From the NCBI RefSeq assembly GCF_006345805.1, contig NC_043009.1, positions 46,252,001-46,316,000 of the forward strand: 64,000 nucleotides of DNA, given 5' to 3'. Positions 1 to 13,964 of the stretch are shown here, piece after piece. Every line of letters starts with the position of its first letter. Positions within the stretch are counted from its first letter, which is position 1. Below the pieces are notes generated by a model. It searched no databases, had not been told where the DNA came from, and was given only the letters and a program-made list of their open reading frames with translations. Source of the DNA: Octopus sinensis. Lineage: Eukaryota. The translations under genes and the position numbers were made by a program.

Positions 1-2121
1 CCCTTCTAGAGTGAGACAAACAATACCATCATCATTCATATGTACAATTTACATATGAAACTTTACCATACAACATCAATCTATGTAAAAACAAAAAAAA
101 CCCTTCTAGAGTGAGACAAACAATACCATCATCATTCATATGTACAATTTACATATGAAACTTTACCATACAACATCAATCTATGTAAAAACAGAAACCC
201 CCCCCCCTTCTAGAGTGAGACAAACAATACCATCATCATCATATGTACAATTTACATATGAAACTTTACCATACAACATCAATCTATGTAAAAACAGAAA
301 AAAAAAACCCTTCTAGAGTGAGACAAACATACCATCATCATTCATATGTACAATTTACATATGAAACTTTACCATACAACATCAATCTATGTAAAAACAG
401 AAACCCCCCCCTTCTAGAGTGAGACAAACATACCATCATCATTCATATGTACAATTTACATATGAAACTTTACCATACAACATCAATCTATGTAAGAACA
501 GAACCCCCCCCCCCCTTCTAGAGTGAGACAAACAATACCATCATCATTCATATGTACAATTTACATATGAAACTTTACCATACAACATCAATCTATGTAA
601 AAACAGAACCCCCCCCTTCTAGAGTGAGACAAACAATACCATCATCATTCATATGTACAATTTACATATGAAACTTTACCAACAACATCAATCTATGTAA
701 AAACAGAACACCCCCCCTTCTAGAGTGAGACAAAAATACCATCATCATTCATATGTACAATTTACATATGAAACTTTACCATACAACATCAATCTATGTA
801 AAAACAAAAAAAAAAAACCCCCTTCTAGAGTGAGACAAACAATACCATCATCATTCATATGTACAATTTACATATGAAACTTTACCATACACACATCAAT
901 CTATGTAAAAACAGAAAAAAAAACCCTTCTAGAGTGAGACAAACAATACCATCATCATTCATATGTACAATTTACATATGAAACTTTACCATACAACATC
1001 AATCTATGTAAAAACAGAAAAAAAAAACCCCCTTCTAGAGTGAGACAAACAATACCATCATCATTCATATGTACAATTTACATATGAAACTTTACCATAC
1101 AACATCAATCTATGTAAAAACAGAAAAAAAACCCCTTCTAGAGTGAGACAAACAATACCATCATCATTCATATGTACAATTTACATATGAAACTTTACCA
1201 TACAACATCAATCTATGTAAAAACAGAAAAAAAAAACCCCTTCTAGAGTGAGACAAACAATACCATCATCATTCATATGTACAATTTACATATGAAACTT
1301 TACCATACAACATCAATCTATGTAAAAACAGAAAAAAAACCCCCTTCTAGAGTGAGACAAACAATACCATCATCATTCATATGTACAATTTACATATGAA
1401 ACTTTACCATACAACATCAATCTATGTAAAAACAGAAACCCCCCCTTCTAGAGTGAGACAAACAATACCATCATCATTCATATGTACAATTTACATATGA
1501 AACTTTACCATACAACATCAATCTATGTAAAAACAGAAAAAAAAACCCCTTCTAGAGTGAGACAAACAATACCATCATCATTCATATGTACAATTTACAT
1601 ATGAAACTTTACCATACAACATCAATCTATGTAAAAACAGAAAAAAAAACCCCTTCTAGAGTGAGACAAACAATACCATCATCATTCATATGTACAATTT
1701 ACATATGAAACTTTACCATACAACATCAATCTATGTAAAAACAGAAACCCCCCCCCTTCTAGAGTGAGACAAACAATACCATCATCATTCATATGTACAA
1801 TTTACATATGAAACTTTACCATACAACATCAATCTATGTAAAAACAGAAAAAAAAAACCCCTTCTAGAGTGAGACAAACAATACCATCATCATTCATATG
1901 TACAATTTACATATGAAACTTTACCATACAACATCAATCTATGTAAAAACAGAAAAAAAACCCCCTTCTAGAGTGAGACAAACAATACCATCATCATTCA
2001 TATGTACAATTTACATATGAAACTTTACCATACAACATCAATCTATGTAAAAACAGAACCCCCCCCCCTTCTAGAGTGAGACAAACAATACCATCATCAT
2101 TCATATGTACAATTTACATAT
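1..2121. repeat. Tandem satellite, ~103-bp unit, 20 full copies plus a partial 21st (array runs off the left edge of the window)
   Basis: The unit CCCTTCTAGAGTGAGACAAACAATACCATCATCATTCATATGTACAATTTACATATGAAACTTTACCATACAACATCAATCTATGTAAAAACAG(A)n(C)n repeats almost exactly. TCTAGA occurs 21 times between positions 5 and ~2070. Confidence 0.97.
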
Positions 2122-2699
2122 TCTACAGCATATATAGACCTGCAACAGAGTTACATGTTAAACAGTAGCTTTCTGAATATTTACTTAAAAAATAGCGAGC
2201 TAAAGCACAATAAACGGCATTTGACCTGGATATCTCCTGACGGAATGAACTGAATACCATAAGAGTCTTGGGGGCAATAAAAATTTTGCTCAGATTTATA
2301 GAAACTTAAGACGTTGAACCAAGTCAGTTCTCTTTTAGTTCAGCGAGTTAAGAATTTTAAGAAACAATATTTCTTATTCTTCATATTTTTTTCCATTTGT
2401 CAGTGTGTGATGACGTATACAGTTTCTGTGTTAGCATAATCTTGTCACAGAAGCCTTAAATTTTTCTTTTTGATTATGCAAAATTCCTGACTCTAAGTTT
2501 TACTCACTGTCTTTTGTTTAACAGCAACTTGACGCTTTTGCTTTTTTTTTTTTTTAAGAATATTTTTACGGTCAGAAAAGGGGAAAGATATCGACGCAAG
2601 TGATTTGTATTCAGTTATATATTTAAGAGATGAGGAATTATGTACATTATTTACATTATTTACATTTGACGGATATTTGTCCTCATCTTGTTTGTTGTT

Positions 2700-2745
2700 A
2701 ACACAACGTTTCGGCTGATATACCCTCCAGCGTTCATCAGGTGTC
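2700..2745 (-). ncRNA. Minimal type I hammerhead ribozyme motif (left arm)
   Basis: The minus strand reads GACAC-CTGATGA-ac-GCTG-gagggtatat-CAGC-c-GAAA-C-GT-T-GTGTT: stem I, conserved core, stem II and a palindromic AACGTT stem III. Confidence 0.7.
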
Positions 2746-2791
2746 ATGGGGAAATTTCGAACCTGGGTTCTCATTCCTAAGGTATTTTTCG

Positions 2792-3057
<266 letters not shown>

Positions 3058-3150
3058 TCAAGTCACTGCCTGGAATTTCGGGGTTAGCAGCCCGCGCTCT
3101 TAACCCCAAGATTCCGAGTTCGATTCCAGGCAGTGACCTGAATAATAATA

Positions 3151-3187
<37 letters not shown>

Positions 3188-3237
3188 CATCGAAAAATAC
3201 CTTAGGAATGAGAACCCAGGTTTGAAATTTCCCCCAA

Positions 3238-3283
3238 GACACCTGATGAACGCTGGAGGGTATATCAGTCGAAACGTTGTGTT
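3238..3283 (+). ncRNA. Minimal type I hammerhead ribozyme motif (right arm)
   Basis: Stem I GACAC 3238-3242 pairs with GTGTT 3279-3283; core CTGATGA 3243-3249; stem II GCTG/CAGT; GAAA 3271-3274; predicted GUU cleavage after 3278. Confidence 0.7.
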
Positions 3284-3542
3284 AACAACAAACAAGATCA
3301 CGACAGATATCCGTCAAATGTAAATAATGATTTGTATTCTGCTTAGTAGCAGAATTTTTGGCACGATAAACTACTTGCTAGAGTATCCAGGAAAGTATTT
3401 TGAAATATATTAACTGAAGAAGGTTTGCGTAAGGGGGATGCATTTCCAGTTATATTTTAGGTAGATCTGAAACGTACATAATAAATGCTTTCAAGATATC
3501 AAAATACCATGACTTCATTATCATAAATTATATAGATATATA

Positions 3543-3996
3543 GACATACATACATACATACATACATACATACATACATACATACATACATACATACATT
3601 CACTCATTCATACATACATACATACGTACGTGCATTCATACATACATACATACATACATACATACATACATACATACATACATACATACATACACACACA
3701 TACATACATACATACATACATACATACATACATACATACATTCATACATTCATACATACATACATAATACATACATACATACATACATACATACATACAT
3801 ACATACATACACACACATGCATGCATACATACATACATACATTCATTCATTCATTCATTCATACATACATACATACATACATACATACATACATACATTC
3901 ATACATACATACATACATACTTACATACATACATACATACATACATTCATACATACATACATACATACACACATACATACGTACATACATACATAC

Positions 3997-4027
<31 letters not shown>

Positions 4028-4092
4028 CATACATACATACATACATTCATTCATACATACATACATTCATACATACATACATACATACATAC

Positions 4093-4123
<31 letters not shown>

Positions 4124-4163
4124 CTTACATACATACATACATACTACATACATACATACATAC

Positions 4164-4194
<31 letters not shown>

Positions 4195-4387
4195 CATACA
4201 TACATTCATTCATACATACATGCATTCATACATACATACATACATACATACACACATACATACATATATACATTTATACATACATACATTTATACATACA
4301 TACATACATACATACATACATACATACATTCATACATACAAACATACGTACGTACATACATACATACATACATACATACACACATAC

Positions 4388-4418
<31 letters not shown>

Positions 4419-4668
4419 CATACATACATGCATGCATACATACATACATACATACATACATACATACATACATACATTCATACATACATACTTACATACA
4501 TACATACATACATATACATACATACATACATACATTCATACATACATACATACGTACGTACATACATACATACATACATACATACATACATACATACATA
4601 CATACATACATACATACATACATACATACATACATACATACATACATACATTCAGTCATACATACATT
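3543..4668. repeat. ~1.1-kb (TACA)n microsatellite with variant units
   Basis: Read directly; it explains the HTYI-repeat ORFs. Confidence 0.97.
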
Positions 4669-4816
4669 AATAATTAATGTTCGTCCTTCGGTTCGAAGAT
4701 GACCAACTGACATCATCTGATGGAACTGCCGCCATGAGACCTGAGGTGGCTGGTGAAGCCAATCCGGGCAAGGAAGCACATTCAAACATACATACATACA
4801 TACATACATACATACA

Positions 4817-4850
<34 letters not shown>

Positions 4851-4904
4851 CATACATGATACATACATGCATGCATATATACATACATGCATGAATGTAT
4901 GTAC

Positions 4905-5108
4905 CTGTGGGTGTTTGTGTTTGTCTACTACCACCATTTGACAACCGGCTTTGGTTTGTTTACGTCTCCGTAACTAAGCGCTTCGTCAAATAAAAGAGAC
5001 CTATAGAATAAGCACTAGGGTTAGGAAAAAAGGAGTTGTGGGGTCGATTTGCTCGACTAAACACCCCACGGGTTGTGCCCCGGCATGGACACTGTCTAAT
5101 GACAAAAA
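4905..5108 (+). mobile_element. SINE family C, 3' half (diverged)
   Basis: Matches the 3' half of 20562-20962 (TTGACAACCG...TAGAATAAG...GGGGTCGATTTGCTCGACT). Confidence 0.75.
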
Positions 5109-5140
5109 CCCACAACTTTTAAAGCATGTCTTTCATAGAG

Positions 5141-5520
5141 GAAGCACTCCGTCGGTTACGACGACGAGGGTTCCAGTTGATCCGATCAACGGTACAGCCT
5201 TCTCGTGAAATTAACGTGTAAGTGGCTGAGCACTCCACAGACACGTGTACCCTTAACGTAGTTCTCGGGGATATTCAGCGTGACACAGAGAGTGACAAGG
5301 CCGGCCCTTTGAAATGCAGGTACAACAGAAACAGGAAGTAAGAGTGAGAGAAAGTTGTGGTGAAAGAGTACAGCAGGGATCACCACCATCCCTGCCGGAG
5401 CCTCGTGGAGCTGTTAGGTGTTTTCGCTCAATAAACACTCACAACGCCCTGTCTGGGAATCGAAACCGCGATCCTACGACCGCGAGTCCGCTGCCCTAAC
5501 CACTGGGCCATTGCGCCTCC
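5141..5520 (-). mobile_element. SINE family A (tRNA-derived head), full length
   Basis: Reverse complement of 37100-37472, with A-box TGGCCCAGTGG and B-box GGTTTCGATTCC. Probable TSD CATGT(C/T)TTTCATA at 5125-5137 and 5522-5534. Confidence 0.92.
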
Positions 5521-5651
5521 TCATGTTTTTCATAACCTACGTTGCCAACACAGAATGGTTAATTTACCTTATGATTCCAAGACGCAAAAATAGCGTTGTC
5601 TGTTGTTGATGTTACATTTGGCGAACGAAAAGTAAATATACTCCCATATAT

Positions 5652-5885
5652 ATATTTCTTTACTACCCACAAGGGGCTAAACACAGAGGAGACAAACAAG
5701 GACAGACAAACGGATTAAGTCGATTACATCGACACCAGTGCGTAACTGGTACTTAATTTATCGACCCCGGAAGGATGAAAGGCAAAGTTGACCTCGGCGG
5801 AATTTGAACTCGGAACGTAACGGCAGACGAAATACGGCAACGCATTTCGCCCGGCGTGCTAACGTTTCTGCCAGCTCGCCGCCTT
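5652..5885 (-). mobile_element. SINE family B (tRNA head plus Deu/Nin-like central domain)
   Basis: Minus strand reads AAGGCGGCGAGCTGGCAGAAACG...GAGTTCAAATTCCGCCGAGGTC...TTTGCCTTTCATCC...GGGGTCGATAAATTAAGTACC. TSD ATACTCCCA at 5638-5646 and 5887-5895. Confidence 0.9.
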
Positions 5886-6091
5886 CATACTCCCAGATAT
5901 AACATCACTCTTCGGCACTAATGTGCTCAGATGATTTGTTGTTGCGTTCGTTTTATAGCATAGCCAGAGAAAGGAAGAAGCGCCCATGAATTTTTACACA
6001 GCTTCCGAAATGTCAAAAAAAAAAAAAAAAAAAGAGACGGAGTCATTATGACTCTTGGACCATAGCAGTAGGAAGCACTATATTAAGATAT

Positions 6092-6317
6092 CGAGCTGGC
6101 AGAACCGTTAGCACGACGGGCAAAATGCGTAGCTGTATTTCGACTGCCGTAACGTTCTGAGTTCAAATTCCGCCGAGGTCGACTATGCCTTTCATCCTTT
6201 CGGGGTCGATAAATTAAGTACCAGTTACGCACTGGGGTCGATGTATTCGACTTAATTCGTTTGTCTGTCTTTGCTTGTCCCCTCTATGTTTAGCCCCTTG
6301 TGCGTAGTAAAGAAATA
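6092..6317 (+). mobile_element. SINE family B
   Basis: Same family as 5652-5885 in the opposite orientation. Flanking TATATTAAGA is duplicated at 6079-6088 and 6318-6327. Confidence 0.9.
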
Positions 6318-6705
6318 TATATTAAGAAATCGAGTTGTATTGAAACTGGAAACAGAGTGCTGATTATTGCAACAAGATTGATCAGAACGAGGTGGCAGGC
6401 GAAATATTGGGTCTACAACACAAGAAACAGATACAGCTGTACGAGGGATTTTGCACAGTTCCCATCTGTTTAATTTCAATCAGAAGGCTTTAGTAAACAA
6501 CAAACAAAATATATTTCACAAACTTGGTACTATGTTAGCGGGAAGCGAGTTTCTTTAACTATGCAGCAATGACCGCGAAGAAAATTGAAGGAAACGAAAA
6601 CAGTAGATTGAGACAGTGACTGCTATAGGATTAGGGAAAGTAATGCGAAGAAACTTTAGCTTATCATTTCTTCATATTATCAAATGTTAGTCAGGACACA
6701 GTGGG

Positions 6706-6707
<2 letters not shown>

Positions 6708-6737
<30 letters not shown>

Positions 6738-6988
6738 TGTATGTATGTATGTATGTATGTATGTATGTATGTATGTTATTATTCAGCTTATTTCAAGACT
6801 TCTTGCCAGTAGAGAAAGAAATGGTTTCTAACCTACTTTCAAAATTCCTCCATTGGAATTTCAACATCAAAACAGGGTATTTATGTATGTATGTATGTAT
6901 GTATGTATGTATTTTGTATGTATGTATGTATGTATGTATGTATGTATGTATGTATGTATGTATGTATGTATGTATGTATGTATGTATG

Positions 6989-7037
<49 letters not shown>

Positions 7038-7143
7038 TATATATATATATATATAGATATAGATATATATACATACATACAAACATCCATATATCTGTGC
7101 ATGTATCCTTTCATCTTACGAATCTATCTAGCTACTCTTCCTC

Positions 7144-7196
<53 letters not shown>

Positions 7197-7588
7197 GATA
7201 TATATATATATATACATATATAATATACACACAGATAGATAGATAGATAGATAGATAGATATATAGATAGATAGATACACATGCACACATATGCATAGTT
7301 GTATCCTCAGAGTGTCAGTTTATACTAAGTGACATATAAACACAACTTTATGCCAGACAGTGCACCTCATCTAGTATACTGTATGTATGCGTGTGGTGTT
7401 GGGATATAAATATATATATTATATATATATCTATATAAGTATATACACATACATATATATATGTATATATATATATATAGTTACATATATATGTATATAT
7501 ATATATGTATATATATATATAATATATATATATATATACATATATATGTATATATATGTTTATGTATATGTATATGTATATATATATA

Positions 7589-7642
<54 letters not shown>

Positions 7643-7725
7643 ATATATACATTGATATACATGCACACACACAGACACAGACTCACACACACACACACAC
7701 ACACACCATACACACACACACACAC
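6708..7725. repeat. Compound microsatellite region: (TATG)n, (TA)n, (GATA)n, (CA)n
   Basis: Read directly. Confidence 0.9.
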
Positions 7726-8187
7726 GTATAGTCTGTGGTGTATATCATATGATATAGTCTTATCTAAAACGTCCGCAGTCATCATGATACCATTGAAAAT
7801 AATGCCGGAATTGAAGCAACATTAGGTTATTTCCCTGTTGCAGTTTAGTTAAAATTGATGCAAAACTTAATCACTTTTGACAGACATTTTGTGGGGGTTT
7901 TTTTCTATCCGTGCTTATCTATATTTTCATGTTATTTATTTATTTTTTTTTATCTATCATCACATTTGATAGTAACTAAATAACTAAAGGTTTCCCCGTT
8001 TATCGTAATTGTCAAAAATCTTTTTTTTCCTATTTAAACAAGCCCAGAGTGAAAAATTACTTTCTTTTGCACTGTCGTTAATTTTATATGTAATCTTGCC
8101 GTTTGAAAGAAATCTATCTTGATACCTAGAATATTCAAAGTGTTATTTCAGAAATGGATATGTATGCATCGTGATGTAGACTCATAT

Positions 8188-8498
8188 ACAGGGTGGCCCC
8201 AAAAGGAGTGAACCGAAAGGAAGTTCTTTTTGCTTGTGGAACGCATATATATCAATGAAATTCCAACTTTGATTTTCACGTTTTATCATTTGCAGTTGTT
8301 ACGATTTTACTCAATCATTTGATTTATGTAGTGACAGTTGTGGTGGAGCTACATAAACCTGGTGATTGCGTCACTACATAAACGTAATGGGTGCGTAACG
8401 CATTAATGTACAAGTCCATTTCAATATTGTAAATCTGTAAAATTTTAAGTATTGCAAATAATAAAACGTGAAAATCAGACTAAGCTGGAATTTCATTG
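8188..8498. mobile_element. Degenerate MITE-like foldback with a Tc1-type left end
   Basis: Begins TA-CAGGGTGGCCCC. Inverted segments at 8253-8295/8451-8498 and TTTATGTAGTGAC 8323-8335/GTCACTACATAAA 8370-8382. The right terminal end was not found. Confidence 0.5.
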
Positions 8499-8584
8499 GT
8501 TAATATATTCTTCTATATACAATCATACAAACTAGGAGATATACGTACATACATACATACATATATACACGTGTATATTATGGT

Positions 8585-8613
<29 letters not shown>

Positions 8614-8616
<3 letters not shown>

Positions 8617-8800
8617 ATAATAAATATTAGGGAATAAATCCAAAATTACAGGGAAAAAATCAGATTTAGGATTAAATCCAATTTTATAGTAAAATATTAT
8701 ATAATATTAATTCGAGACGAAACCACTATTTTTTATGTATTGATTAAGTCTTTCCTTGTTTGATTTGCAAAATAGTGGTTTTGTCTCGAATTAATATTAT
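8614..8800. mobile_element. AT-rich foldback element in (TA)n, same family as 30900-31198
   Basis: 32-bp inverted arms at 8701-8732/8769-8800. The body is the reverse complement of 31075-31198. Confidence 0.8.
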
Positions 8801-9299
8801 ATATATGTATATATATATAGTATATATATGTAAAGGGTGTTTATTATGATGTTTGTATGTAAATACACACGCATCATATAAATAATACACACCTCGTAAA
8901 GAAAGATGTATAATAAAGCAAAGCATAAAGGATATGGTCCCCGGCATATCTCAAGTGAATTGTGCTTTTAAAGTTAGTCATTGACAAAACAAATTTATTA
9001 TGTTCCCGTTATACTGGAATGAAATATAGTTGCATTTAACTGGAGGATGTGGGAGATTTCAGACTAAATTAGGAAATAGTTATATAAGATGAAGTATGGT
9101 CTTGTATAAATTAATTATGGTATTTACGTAGTTATGATAATGTTTGTTTTATAGACTGTTGTCCATTAAACCGCTACTTGGTACCAAAGGTAACTCCATG
9201 TATATTGAGATGGAGTTTGATGGTAGAAGGTATACAAAAACGAATCCTTCTCTATTGATACTCAGCATGGGTACTCATCTTGACGGTGCATACATAAAA

Positions 9300-9640
9300 A
9301 TGTTTCATGCAGTTCTCAGTCTTTCTTGGTGGTAACATCTTACAGAGTAGCGACTGTATGCCTGTCTTCCTATTGTTACCACAGTAATCAGAGAAACAAG
9401 AACACGTTATGTATGTCACTGCTGGAGAAGCAGAGATGAAATATCTTGTGATCTCCTATTCCGGAAATCCCCGCATGGACATACAGGTAACGACAGACCA
9501 AGAAGAGTAGATGTCGATCAATTTGTTCAAGACACTGGATATCAAATGGAGGATATGAAGACAGCTATTGAAGATTAGGACATCGGGTGTGGACGAGTTG
9601 CATTGATGTGGACAAGTCAACCGACCGGATAGACATAAGT
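9300..9640 (+). mobile_element. RTE-like LINE 3' fragment (decayed)
   Basis: Broken frames give HCWRSRDE, PHGH and DQFVQDTG..EDMKTAIED, resembling RTE C-terminal motifs. Confidence 0.6.
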
Positions 9641-10464
9641 AGGATAGATACAATAGGAAAAGTGAGAATGTATGGTAAAAAGTGATGATATACGTATTAA
9701 AGATTAAAATTTATAAAAAGAAAACTAAAGAAAATAGGGGTCAATTTGGTTAGTGAAAGAAAGGGAAGAAAATCGCATATCAGTGTAGATGAAGTCAATG
9801 GTGTCTAGGTACGCAACGTCATGAATGATATGAGAAAAGAGATGTGAAAGAGATGTATCTTAGGTAAGGGATAAAAAAGCAGTTGAAATATGAATGTGAA
9901 GTAAATGTAAAGTGTGATACAAAGAATAATAAGTCAGGGAATATACATCGCACCATCAAATGGTATGGAAAGAACAAGCTGAGAGACAAATTTAGAAGTT
10001 GGTTACATGTATTAGTTTTATGTAGCGTCTGGTTGGTTGTTCTATGTTTTGGTAGACAAGGGAAAGCATGTTTTTATACATTTATGAGGGGAGAGGATCA
10101 TTGAATGTAAAGAGCTCACTGGTATTGTAAGCATGTTGCTTCAGAATCGATTTGCGATAGCAAGAGATTCGCTTCTCCGAGTTTTTAGTTAGTAGTGGTC
10201 CCTTATCATAAAAGAACTTCAGTTGCTTCAACTGTATACAAATTAGATGGGTCGTTGCTGTTAAATAGCTGTGGTCTTTAAAGAATTATCCGTTAATACT
10301 ACAAATATGTGCCATTATCAATTATATAAAGGCAGACAAGAAGTGGCTTTTCCTTCAATTAAGGCACAGAAAAACTTATGAACGTGAGTTGTGATTCATT
10401 TTAATTCATTCATTGGCTGCATGTCGTATATTATCTATTTAAGTACTCAGTATTTCGGTGACAA

Positions 10465-10811
10465 GTGGAGGCGCAATGGCCCAGTGGTTAGGGCAGCGGA
10501 CTCGCGGTCATAGGATCGCGGTTTCGATTCCCAGACCGGGCGTTGTGAGTGTTTATTGAGCGAAAACACCTAAAGCTCCACGAGGCTCCAGCAGGGGATG
10601 GTGGTGACCCCTGCTGTACTCTTTCACCACAACTTTCTCTCACTCTTACTTCCTGTCACTCTCTGTGTCACGCTGAATATCCCCGAGAACTACGTTAAGG
10701 GTACACGTGTCTGTGGAGTGCTCAGCCACTTACACATTAATTTCACGAGCAGGCTGTTCCGTTGATTCGGATCAACCGGAACCCTCGTCGTCGTAACCGA
10801 CGGAGTGCTTC
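10465..10811 (+). mobile_element. SINE family A with an internal deletion
   Basis: A and B boxes are present. 13-bp TSD TATTTCGGTGACA at 10451-10463 and 10818-10830. Confidence 0.93.
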
Positions 10812-11266
10812 TCTCTCTATTTCGGTGACACATTTTTGTGCTTTGCCAAAAATTTAAAATCCATGGATACAAGCAAGAATATTTACGGTTATGATTAGTA
10901 GTGTTATCTTCACCATTTCTGAATGAAAGAGGGCAAATAAAGAAAAAAGAAAAAAAAAGACGTGTAAGAGGATGATGTAAAGGTGCCGTATTAGAAACAA
11001 AGTAAAAGTCTCCTAACTAGTAGCAGTTCTCTCATCAAAATCAAGTTTGTTTGTTGGGCATGAAGTATTTGAATGCTGAATGGGATAGATTGCACTAAAA
11101 TTCTGAGAACTGCCTGCAGGAAATTACACTAACTGCGCATCACTTCTTCAAACCTCTGTAAAGGACTACCTGCGCATCTTTCTTCTCATCCAGTTTTGGA
11201 TTCTATCTACGATGACCTGCCTTGACCTTGATCAAGTTGTAGTGCACCTGAGCACTGTACACAATG

Positions 11267-11267
<1 letters not shown>

Positions 11268-11315
<48 letters not shown>

Positions 11316-11415
11316 GAGTGAGAGAGTAAGTGCATGCCATCAAAGTGACACTGGGGTAAAATATACGAAGCCCAATATACCCACCATGACTACCCGTCTG
11401 ATAAGGGTACACATA

Positions 11416-11450
<35 letters not shown>

Positions 11451-11561
11451 TATTATTATTATTGAGTGAGAGAGCAGTTCATGCCATCAAAGTGACACTG
11501 GGGTAAAATATACGAAGCCCAATATACCATCATGACTACCCGTCTGATAAGGGTACACATA

Positions 11562-11592
<31 letters not shown>

Positions 11593-11872
11593 TTATTATT
11601 ATTATTATTGAGTGAGAGAGTAAGTGCATGCCATCAAAGTGACACTGGGGTAAAATATACGAAGCCCAATATACCATCATGACTACCCGTCTGATAAGGG
11701 TACACATATATTATTATTATATTATTATTATTATTATTAATTATTATTATATTGAGTGAGAGAGCAGTTCATGCCATCAAAGTGACACTGGGGTAAAATA
11801 TACGAAGCCCAATATACCCATCATGACTACCCGTCTGATAAGGGTACACATATATTATTATTATTATTATTA

Positions 11873-11925
<53 letters not shown>
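11268..11925 (-). repeat. Four tandem ~96-bp copies of an R4/Dong-like 3' end, separated by (TAT)n
   Basis: Copies at 11316-11412, 11464-11558, 11610-11705 and 11754-11849. Their reverse complement occurs at 53149-53235, directly after R4/Dong-like coding sequence. Confidence 0.85.
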
Positions 11926-11929
<4 letters not shown>

Positions 11930-12097
11930 TTAAAATATCAGTAATACAGACTTACCTTATAACTGTTCTGGGACAATACCAGTACACATGTCACAACCGT
12001 TATGAACATTCCTCAACTGAACTTTTGCTGATCTCAAGTTGTATCACTGTATAAATAGATGACTGTCATAATTTGACCTTGCTTGTTTGTATCTTTA

Positions 12098-12204
12098 TCC
12101 CTCCATCAATCCCTCCATCCATCCCTCCATCCATCCCTCCATCCATCCATCCATCCAACCATCCATCCATCCATCCATCCATCCATCCATCCATCCATCC
12201 ATCC

Positions 12205-12258
<54 letters not shown>

Positions 12259-12315
12259 CATCCATCCATCCATCCATCCATCCATCCATCCATCCATCCA
12301 TCCATCCATCCATCC

Positions 12316-12370
<55 letters not shown>

Positions 12371-12379
12371 CATCCATCC

Positions 12380-12475
<96 letters not shown>
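12098..12475. repeat. Alternating (ATCC)n/(ATCT)n microsatellite blocks
   Basis: Read directly. Confidence 0.95.
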
Positions 12476-13964
12476 GCATGCCTCTCTATATATCAAGTTA
12501 TCTACCAATCAGTCCATCTTTCTCAGCAGCCAAACCCGTCCTTAGGTGACTTTCTGCTGCACTTACAGAACATTTACTGGCAGCACACAAACTGACAGAG
12601 CACTAACTGACTCCACTCTCTCCGTCTATCTTGTGGGCAATGAATTATTCTAGCTGCCGTCAACCATTTACAGACGTTTAATCCGACTTTGAAATTCGTT
12701 CCTTCTTAACAAGCAATCTTTTTACATCAATATTTTTATCCGATAATTCAAATCTTAACAATTTTCACTTTTGATCTTCCGCTCACATCAGCATTCTGCA
12801 CGTGTTCTGCATTTAGAATCAATGCAGTCGGCGATAAGGTAACTCATATATGTTGTGTACAAACAGTTACTTCAGCTACCAGCGCCGAGATTCACAAGCA
12901 CAAAAGAAACCAAAGTGCAGCACTGCAGCATAATTAAAGCACAGGTATATTTTAAAAGTGGTAGCATCATGTTGAATGGCACACCTGTCCTTCAGAAAAC
13001 GGAGGGTTTCTTCTCACGAGTATTTGTTCTTTTCAGAAACAATGGATTCAATGTAACAAATTGCCAACAACTTTTAGACTTAACATTTGCATTTCTCTGT
13101 TTTAGCGTCATGGTTTTTTCAATGGTCTTTATTTATATTTAAATTTAACATATGACTAAACTAAGATGTTGCACAGCAAAGCAGTCTATGCAGCTGCACC
13201 TTTGCATATTTTGAGTTGTTTAAATAAAAACAAGTACGAAATCATTATGACTGCACTTACGCCATCTATTCTTGTTTGTCCGTATAACTTTATCTTCTTT
13301 CTTAAGGTTTCATGAACGCCACTCGATTAACATTGTAGAGATGGATTATTAACCATAAATTGTCCTTCAATTAATACACATTAAAAGTGATTTGTCATTA
13401 CTTCCCCATCACTTTTAGATTTTCAAGTAGTAGTTTCTTTGTCATTGATGTCATTTCAATTGTAATTATTTCAGTATTTTTGCTACTTCTCGGCAGCTGT
13501 CGCTATTAAGGTATTCTATAAGCAAACATTCAATGTTCAATGCGTCACGATATCTACAAACGATTGCTCTTCTTCAGGCTGGCTCTCATATGCTACTCAT
13601 TTTATGATAACAGTCTAAATTCATCGCTTCTTGTTATTCCTCAAACCAATGATCGATTTTTCTTATTAAATGAATTCTATTTTAAAAAAGCGCCATCCAT
13701 TCTGAGTCATACCAACACTCTCGAGTCTGTGTTTGACTATGTCACTTTTATGTCCCATCAAATTCTCTATTATATAGCTACAATAAAAGATATTGAACAG
13801 CTTTTTCCCCACTATTGATTTACTCAACTTAACATTTTTCCTGATTCACAAATAAGTTGAACCATTCATGTCGCCTCCCCTCACCGACAATAAATATTCA
13901 TTATAATTTGCTCTCTTCATGAAAGACGTAATAATTCTATAGCATCTTTTTTTCCTTCTTCTTT

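Noticed and set aside
1-2121. CRISPR-like reading of the palindromic repeat array
   Set aside because: There are no unique spacers, the 103-bp unit is too long, no cas genes are present and the context is eukaryotic.
4678-4785. Unique island inside the (TACA)n tract
   Set aside because: It resembles an inverted RTE-type 3' tail (TTCGTCCTTCG..CGAAGA.GACC) but is too short to call.
10465-10540. tRNA genes at the SINE heads
   Set aside because: A and B boxes are present, but there is no proper acceptor stem and the sequence continues into SINE bodies with TSDs.
11316-11849. CRISPR-like repeat-spacer array
   Set aside because: The spacers are (TAT)n and the repeat matches a retroelement 3' end.
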